Below, in pieces: positions 26,301 through 30,844 of a DNA stretch of 30,844 nucleotides (positions are counted from its first letter, which is position 1; every line of letters starts with the position of its first letter). The notes beneath the pieces were generated by a model. It ran no database searches. It worked only from the letters and a program-made list of their open reading frames with translations, and was not told the DNA's origin. The stretch is from Cytophagales bacterium. Its GTDB lineage: Bacteria; Bacteroidota; Bacteroidia; Cytophagales; UBA9547. The position numbers were made by a program, and so were the translations under genes. The DNA is taken from contig JAAFJZ010000003.1 of NCBI GenBank assembly GCA_013298205.1, forward strand, positions 1 to 30,844, written 5' to 3'.

Positions 26301-27781
26301 GCCACGAAATTCGTACACCTATGAATGGGATTATAGGTATGATTGATTTATTAAGTGAATCTAATTTGAGTGAGGAGCAGCAATCTTATGTAGAAACTGT
26401 AAAAAAATCTTCTGAAACATTACTTAATATTTTAAACGATATTCTAGACCTTTCCAAGCTGGAAGCAGGAAAAATGCAACTTAAACCTAGTATCATTTCG
26501 ATAAAATATACTTTAGAAAAGCTTAAATCATTATTTTTTCATCAAGCCAAGCAAAAAAATATTGGTTTAAATTACCAAATAGATCACAAAATTCCTGACA
26601 GTTTACTTGTAGATGAAACTCGTTTATTACAAATATTTTCTAATCTCACTTCAAACGCAATTAAATTTACTGAAAAAGGTAGTGTAGAGATTAAATTAAA
26701 TTTAGAATTGCGGAATGAAAATATTGTTTCCATCAAAGCTGAAGTTTCAGATACAGGAATTGGAATAAACGATAATAACCAAAAATTGCTTTTTAATTCT
26801 TTTAGCCAAGTTGATAATTCAAACACTAAAACTTACGGTGGAACGGGCTTAGGTCTTGCTATATCTAAGCAATTATGTCAAATGATGAATGGTGAAATGG
26901 GGGTTTATTCTAAAGAAAATGAAGGAAGCACATTTTGGTTTAGTTTTGAAGCTCAGATTGCTGAAAATATTATTCCTGAACAAAATAATAATTCTAAACC
27001 TAATCGAGAGAATGTATCTTTAAATTATATACCTTACATTCTTCTTGTAGATGATAATGCTATTAATAGAAAAGTAGGAGAAGCTATGCTCAAGAAGTTA
27101 AATTGTCGAACAAAAACTTCAGAAAATGGTTTAGATGCTATAGATAAAATCACGAATGAGCGATTTGATTTAGTATTCATGGATATTCAAATGCCTGTAA
27201 TGGACGGCATTACGGCAACAAAAGAATTAAAAAAGAGTCTAAAATCATTACCTCCTCTTATTGCTATTACTGCTTTTTCAATGCAAGACGATAAAGAAAA
27301 ATTTCTTGATGCCGGTTTGGATGATTACCTTTCTAAGCCAATTAAAATAGAAAAACTCAGTGAAATGCTGAATAAATGGTTGAAAAATGATTTATCTAAA
27401 GTTGAAATAAATGATTCTTATAGTGAAGAAGAACCTATTGTAGACGAAGATGTTTTAAAGCAATTAAAAAGTTATGGAGGAGCCGAAATAATAAATGAAA
27501 CTTATGGTGATTTTATAAATGAAAATGAAAGTTTATTTATAAAATTCAATGACGCAAGTTATTTTAACCACCAAAATTTAATTGTAGAAGATTTACATAC
27601 TTTAAAAGGGACATCTGGAACATTAGGAATAAATAAAATAAAAATTAAAGCAGAAGAATTAGAAAATAAATTCAAACAAAATAAGCTTCAAAATATTCAA
27701 CAAGAATTTGTAAACTTGCGATTATTATTTGATGAGTTTAAAAATCATTATGAAAATAAAATTAAAAATAAATTACAATAA
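23345..27781 (+). CDS. Cytoplasmic hybrid sensor histidine kinase: multiple PAS, GAF, HisKA, HATPase, REC, Hpt
   Basis: About six PAS/PAC repeats (GIAHDIT, GEDIT, SHDIT, ARDIT), GAF (WMGVPL..IIGVIAV), FLANMSHEIRTPMNG, NLTSNAIKFT, GGTGLGL, VFMDIQMP, LHTLKGTSGTLG; no TM segments seen. Confidence 0.95.
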   Translation: MEKISEIQILKEENKKLKFQLDAIHTQAKGLNLNGFVGEDSNTDLIQLLIENTQDLIFIHDMYGKIIGSNHLVNDFLPIQQSFTNMRDILSPEVKDKFEGYLARISQNKFERGYMKVLDKSGQIRILKYNNKLVYDKSLGNVVHGIAHDITDLWQSNKKLISSEESYKGLFNSSPYSVFITTLEGKIIEANATAIDKFNIEPDQIKSKDLEIVLFGSNKVKVSKSFSSLIKKATDSSIQKLEWNSKDKNQKSIVNELTISENKYAGAKVLIAQVKDITENKIAEVKEQDELSWQKAEDKLHKVFDKLRIITIAIDRTQKINYCNLALLKLTGLKKESIIGKTIDEIFVPDKKSLKSETIFYQLESEGFVNKIEKKILSKYGDIRIIEFSVTLQNNSAGTTTGLTLAGEDITENKRVIRALRESNEKLNDIFENVNDLIFTFSISGKMLLANKTTKESLGYSEEEIKNLKFGEIISPDTKDKTFEYLAKILQGEKVERFETVFINKQKKTLYVVGSINCKFVNGEPVEYRATFYDNTYKIRSERAQNLYNSIANITSDSPNLEILFLNIHKELKRVIDVNNFHVALHEQGSDMISFPYYVDEQSEGSIYRPIRKMAKGLSEYTIAQEKPIFLFEEDIENLIANDKIEIDIKTPKIWMGVPLKWENKIIGVIAVKSYSDRNKYRKRHLELLDFVSGQIAIAIERKKNEGKLNEQTARLNSVVETSSHLIWTLNREKALTSFNQNYSDAYCNFSGKRPLLDIKIGKSRPFMAIDELQEFVSKKYEAAFEGIPQHYEVKMIDQNKRTIWWETYLNPIVLPNGEIEEVSGISHDITDKKGQEMNLLESEEKFRSIFESFQDIYYRTDAQGYITMISPSVNELIGFSPEEMMGKRIEQFYENPVVQERLLRELYRYGRVRNFEVNIIIKNRAYINAISNIHLIKNSQNEVVGIEGIARDITFLKKAAEELIASKEVVEKSLKVKESFLANMSHEIRTPMNGIIGMIDLLSESNLSEEQQSYVETVKKSSETLLNILNDILDLSKLEAGKMQLKPSIISIKYTLEKLKSLFFHQAKQKNIGLNYQIDHKIPDSLLVDETRLLQIFSNLTSNAIKFTEKGSVEIKLNLELRNENIVSIKAEVSDTGIGINDNNQKLLFNSFSQVDNSNTKTYGGTGLGLAISKQLCQMMNGEMGVYSKENEGSTFWFSFEAQIAENIIPEQNNNSKPNRENVSLNYIPYILLVDDNAINRKVGEAMLKKLNCRTKTSENGLDAIDKITNERFDLVFMDIQMPVMDGITATKELKKSLKSLPPLIAITAFSMQDDKEKFLDAGLDDYLSKPIKIEKLSEMLNKWLKNDLSKVEINDSYSEEEPIVDEDVLKQLKSYGGAEIINETYGDFINENESLFIKFNDASYFNHQNLIVEDLHTLKGTSGTLGINKIKIKAEELENKFKQNKLQNIQQEFVNLRLLFDEFKNHYENKIKNKLQ

Positions 27782-27793
27782 AAAAACTATAAA

Positions 27794-28171
27794 ATGAGCA
27801 GTATAAAAAAAGTGTTAATCGCAGAAGACAGTTCAGTGATTCAGAACTTAACCAAAAAAATTCTTCAATTCCAAAACTTTGAAATAAAATCTGTAAAAAA
27901 TGGAAAAGAGGTTTTAGATTTTTTGGTTTCCGATTCTGCAGATGTTATTTTACTAGACATTAATATGCCTGTCATGGATGGAATTGAGTGCGCAAAAGCA
28001 GTTAGGTTACATCCAGATGCTATAAAAGCTAAAATACCAATTATAGCAATTACAGGTAATGCAGCAAATTACAGCATTGAATTTTTCAAAGAGGCTGGTT
28101 TTAATGAGTACATGCAAAAACCACTTAATTTTGATCAATTGGTTGCTTTAGTAAAAAAATACACTGCATAA
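27794..28171 (+). CDS. Single-domain response regulator (CheY-like)
   Basis: LIAEDS, ILLDINMPVMDG, IIAITGN, MQKP. Confidence 0.95.
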   Translation: MSSIKKVLIAEDSSVIQNLTKKILQFQNFEIKSVKNGKEVLDFLVSDSADVILLDINMPVMDGIECAKAVRLHPDAIKAKIPIIAITGNAANYSIEFFKEAGFNEYMQKPLNFDQLVALVKKYTA

Positions 28172-28190
28172 TGAAAACCATTTAAAGCAT

Positions 28191-28466
28191 ATGGACGGGT
28201 TTGAAATCAAATATTCAAAACATTTTCAACACAAACTAGAAGATTTGTTTGCCGAAACCGACTATATGCTTAGATATGAAAAAGGAACCTTCAATGCAGG
28301 TTATTGCATTATTCATGACAAGAAGATTATTCTGATTAATAAATATTATGCTTTAGAAGGTAAAATTAATTGCTTAATCGAAATACTAAGGGTTCTTCCT
28401 ATTTCTATTGATGTTTTTTCTGAAAAGAACAAAGATTTATATTTAAAACTTTCGAATCAGAATTAG
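28191..28466 (+). CDS. Conserved hypothetical protein
   Basis: IKYSKHFQHKLEDLF..YMLRYEKGTF.AGYC..NKYY.LEGKINCL; sits between operon genes with short gaps. Confidence 0.7.
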   Translation: MDGFEIKYSKHFQHKLEDLFAETDYMLRYEKGTFNAGYCIIHDKKIILINKYYALEGKINCLIEILRVLPISIDVFSEKNKDLYLKLSNQN

Positions 28467-29228
28467 ATGAGAGTTGTATTTTTAGGAACAGGAACTTCTC
28501 AAGGAGTACCTGTAATAGCTTGTAAATGTGATGTTTGTACTTCTTTAGATGAAAAAGACAAGCGTTTGCGGACTTCCATCTTGATTTGTACCCCTCAAAC
28601 TCAAGTAGTAATAGATACTGGGCCAGATTTTAGACAACAAATGCTAAAATTTAATGTAAATTCTTTAGATGCAGTTGTTTTTACGCACGAGCACAAAGAT
28701 CATACAGCAGGTTTAGATGATATTCGAGCTTATAATGCAATTGTAAATCAACCCATGCCAATATATGCTCATCAAAGAGTTATAAATAGTTTAAAAGGTG
28801 AGTTTCCTTATATTTTTCATCAAACTAATTACCCTGGAGTTCCCAGGATTTATACCCATGAAATAAACTTAACACCATTTCAAATTGGAGATATCAATTT
28901 AATCCCAGTGGAAGTTATGCACCACAAATTACCTGTTCTAGGTTTTAGAGTTGGTAATTTTACTTATATCACCGATGCGAATTTTATTTCAGATTTAGAA
29001 ATTGATAAATTAAAAGGAACAGAGATTTTGGTTGTAAATGGCTTGCAAAAGGAGTCTCATCTTTCTCATTTTACTTTAGCAGAAGCTTTAAATTTTATTA
29101 AAAAAATTAATCCAAAGAAGGCTTATCTTACACACATAAGTCATCGCTTAGGAAAACATAAAGTTGTTTCAGAAGAACTGCCTGAAAATGTTGAAATTGC
29201 TTATGATGGATTGGAACTGAATTTTTAA
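28467..29228 (+). CDS. MBL-fold metallo-hydrolase (PhnP/YycJ-like)
   Basis: LGTGTSQGVP..C.C.VC, IDTGPDFR, THEHKDH, YITD, THISH. Confidence 0.93.
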   Translation: MRVVFLGTGTSQGVPVIACKCDVCTSLDEKDKRLRTSILICTPQTQVVIDTGPDFRQQMLKFNVNSLDAVVFTHEHKDHTAGLDDIRAYNAIVNQPMPIYAHQRVINSLKGEFPYIFHQTNYPGVPRIYTHEINLTPFQIGDINLIPVEVMHHKLPVLGFRVGNFTYITDANFISDLEIDKLKGTEILVVNGLQKESHLSHFTLAEALNFIKKINPKKAYLTHISHRLGKHKVVSEELPENVEIAYDGLELNF

Positions 29229-29250
29229 TTTCTTAAAAAAGAAAAGCAAG

Positions 29251-29619
29251 CTATTTTAGAATCTCTTCCACTTTAAAAACAAAGTATTTAGTTTCTCCTT
29301 GCCAAAAAAAGTTAGTATATTTTTCATAATAATACAGTTTAACTCTTTTATTATCATCAATTGCTTTGTTAATTTGATTTACTACACCATCGTCTTTTAC
29401 ACTAAAATCCCACACAGTTGGCACGCCAGTAGTTCCTTGAGCACCACCTACGTTAATACTTCCTTCCCAAGTTTTAAATACAAACCCTTTTTTGCTTAGT
29501 TTAGCAGGAACACCTACACGATACCCATCACTGTAACTTCCAAAAAGATAATTCCAAAGTAAAGTTCCGCCTAATAATAAAACTGAAAGACAAACAGTAA
29601 TTATGATTTTTTTAGTCAT
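29251..29619 (-). CDS. Hypothetical protein with an N-terminal membrane anchor
   Basis: One N-terminal TM helix; SDGYRVG...KLSKKGFVFKTWEG, WDFSV, LYYYEK pattern. Confidence 0.75.
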   Translation of the reverse strand: MTKKIIITVCLSVLLLGGTLLWNYLFGSYSDGYRVGVPAKLSKKGFVFKTWEGSINVGGAQGTTGVPTVWDFSVKDDGVVNQINKAIDDNKRVKLYYYEKYTNFFWQGETKYFVFKVEEILK

Positions 29620-29620
29620 T

Positions 29621-30004
29621 TTAATTATTTTTTAGTTGAGATGAGTGTTCTTTTAAATCTTTCATACTTACAAATTCTAATGCTCCAATATTCGTACATT
29701 CTAATACCGCCTTTGGTGCACAATTGTTGTCAAAAGCCTCTTTCCATCTCAAAGCGCATAAGCACCATTTATCACCTTCTTTGAGACCTTTAAACTGGTA
29801 TATTGGCATCGGAGTAATCAAATCATTGCCTTTTGACTTACTAAAAAGCAAAAAATCATTTGTAACCCTTACACATATTAAATGCGAACCCTTATCTTCA
29901 GGGCCTGTTCTGCAATGCCCATCACGATAAAATCCCGTCATTGGTGAAGTACAGCAACATTTAAGTGGTTGCCCTAATACATTTAGTTGTGTTTGGGATA
30001 GCAT
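29621..30004 (-). CDS. DUF2237 family protein
   Basis: NVLGQPL.CC..PMTGFYRDG.C.TG..D.G.H, GNDL.TP, GLKEGDKWCLCALRW. Start ATG 30004 lies downstream of the promoter at 30024-30031. Confidence 0.9.
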   Translation of the reverse strand: MLSQTQLNVLGQPLKCCCTSPMTGFYRDGHCRTGPEDKGSHLICVRVTNDFLLFSKSKGNDLITPMPIYQFKGLKEGDKWCLCALRWKEAFDNNCAPKAVLECTNIGALEFVSMKDLKEHSSQLKNN

Positions 30005-30023
30005 ATGATTTTTACGCAATTTT

Positions 30024-30031
30024 CAAAAGTA
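30024..30031 (-). promoter_or_regulatory. -7 promoter element (TACTTTTG) for the DUF2237 gene
   Basis: Exact TAnnTTTG match 20 nt upstream of the ATG. Confidence 0.55.
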
Positions 30032-30121
30032 TAATTTTTGTGTTATGAATTAATTTTAATTCATTTAAAAATGGGATAAAACTTTAAGTTGAAATAATAA
30101 AATTTGACCCAAATATTTATT

Positions 30122-30171
30122 AAAAAAATAACACCAACTTGAAGTTAAAGCAAATCCAAATTGGTGTTATT
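30122..30171 (-). terminator. Rho-independent terminator after ahcY
   Basis: Perfect 11-bp arms AATAACACCAA/TTGGTGTTATT, extended by 6 more pairs including G-U wobbles that form only on the minus-strand RNA, followed by a U tract. Confidence 0.75.
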
Positions 30172-30179
30172 GAATATAA

Positions 30180-30844
30180 CTAATATCTATATGCTTCTGA
30201 TTTGAAAGGTCCTTCTACAGGAACTTGTATATAATCGGCTTGAACTTTAGTTAATATATCTAATTCTACACCTATTTTTTCTAAATGCAAAAGTGCTACT
30301 TTTTCATCTAAATGTCTAGGAAGAGTATAAACTTTGTTTTCATATTGATTTCCACGCAACCAAAGCTCTAACTGTGCTAAAGTTTGGTTTGTGAATGAGT
30401 TTGACATTACAAAAGAAGGATGTCCGGTAGCACAACCTAAGTTTACTAAACGTCCTTCCGCAAGTACAAGAATATCTTTTCCATCAATCGTATATTTATC
30501 AACTTGAGGTTTGATTTCTATTTTTGATTTGCCATGGTTTTTGTTCAACCAAGCCATATCAATCTCATTATCAAAATGACCAATGTTACAAACGATAGCT
30601 TTATCTTTCATGGTTTTGAAATGTTTGTCTACAATTATAGAATGGTTTCCAGTTGCAGTAACTATAATATCTGCTCTTTTAACGGCATCATCCATTTTTC
30701 TTACTTCAAAACCATCCATAGCTGCTTGAAGAGCGCAAATTGGATCTACTTCTGTAATTATAACTCTAGCTCCAGAACCTTTTAATGAAGCTGCAGAACC
30801 TTTCCCTACATCGCCATATCCGGCTACAACAGCTACTTTTCCAG
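30180..30844 (-). CDS. ahcY: Adenosylhomocysteinase, 3' part (the 5' end is outside the window)
   Basis: The frame extends to the window edge: [74 protein letters not shown]. Confidence 0.97.
   Translation of the reverse strand, partial: GKVAVVAGYGDVGKGSAASLKGSGARVIITEVDPICALQAAMDGFEVRKMDDAVKRADIIVTATGNHSIIVDKHFKTMKDKAIVCNIGHFDNEIDMAWLNKNHGKSKIEIKPQVDKYTIDGKDILVLAEGRLVNLGCATGHPSFVMSNSFTNQTLAQLELWLRGNQYENKVYTLPRHLDEKVALLHLEKIGVELDILTKVQADYIQVPVEGPFKSEAYRY

Noticed and set aside
1987-30785. Short antisense or nested ORFs in the track (e.g. 1987-2226, 3945-4229, 5359-5787, 10509-10844, 17665-17973, 22693-22983, 30534-30785)
   Set aside because: All are shadows of well-supported genes on the other strand or frame and show no recognisable motifs.
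1-30844. CRISPR arrays, tRNA/rRNA genes, transposases, prophage genes
   Set aside because: No regularly spaced repeats, cloverleaf or rRNA-like segments, or such protein motifs seen; the largest intergenic gaps (about 260-350 bp) are AT-rich and promoter-like.

Overview
AT-rich bacterial chromosome window whose gene content and TAnnTTTG promoters point to Bacteroidota (probably Cytophagales-like). Most of it is core or housekeeping: DEDDh exonuclease, mpl, recO, 7TM-DISM/PP2C sensor, di-haem peroxidase, sodA, AlbA_2 protein, ruvX, Ric-like protein, SPOR-like protein, ion channel, Na+/sugar symporter, DivIVA, folB, IscA-like protein, a PAS/GAF hybrid kinase with a receiver partner, MBL hydrolase, DUF2237 and a partial ahcY. 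The accessory part is 1-3649. There a Type IIG-like restriction-modification gene is cut in two by a YhcG/DUF1016 PD-(D/E)XK nuclease gene, at what appears to be the boundary between the methyltransferase and the specificity domain. Both halves are still open and tightly coupled; the C-terminal half (1-719) is missing from the ORF track and was translated by hand. Also notable: a circularly permuted ATP-grasp/alpha-E plus transglutaminase operon with small leader ORFs, and a Kv-like GYG channel with a ~315 aa C-terminal domain I do not recognise. I saw no rRNA, tRNA, CRISPR array or IS element. All family assignments come from motif recognition, not database searches, and GC figures are hand counts of single sequence lines.
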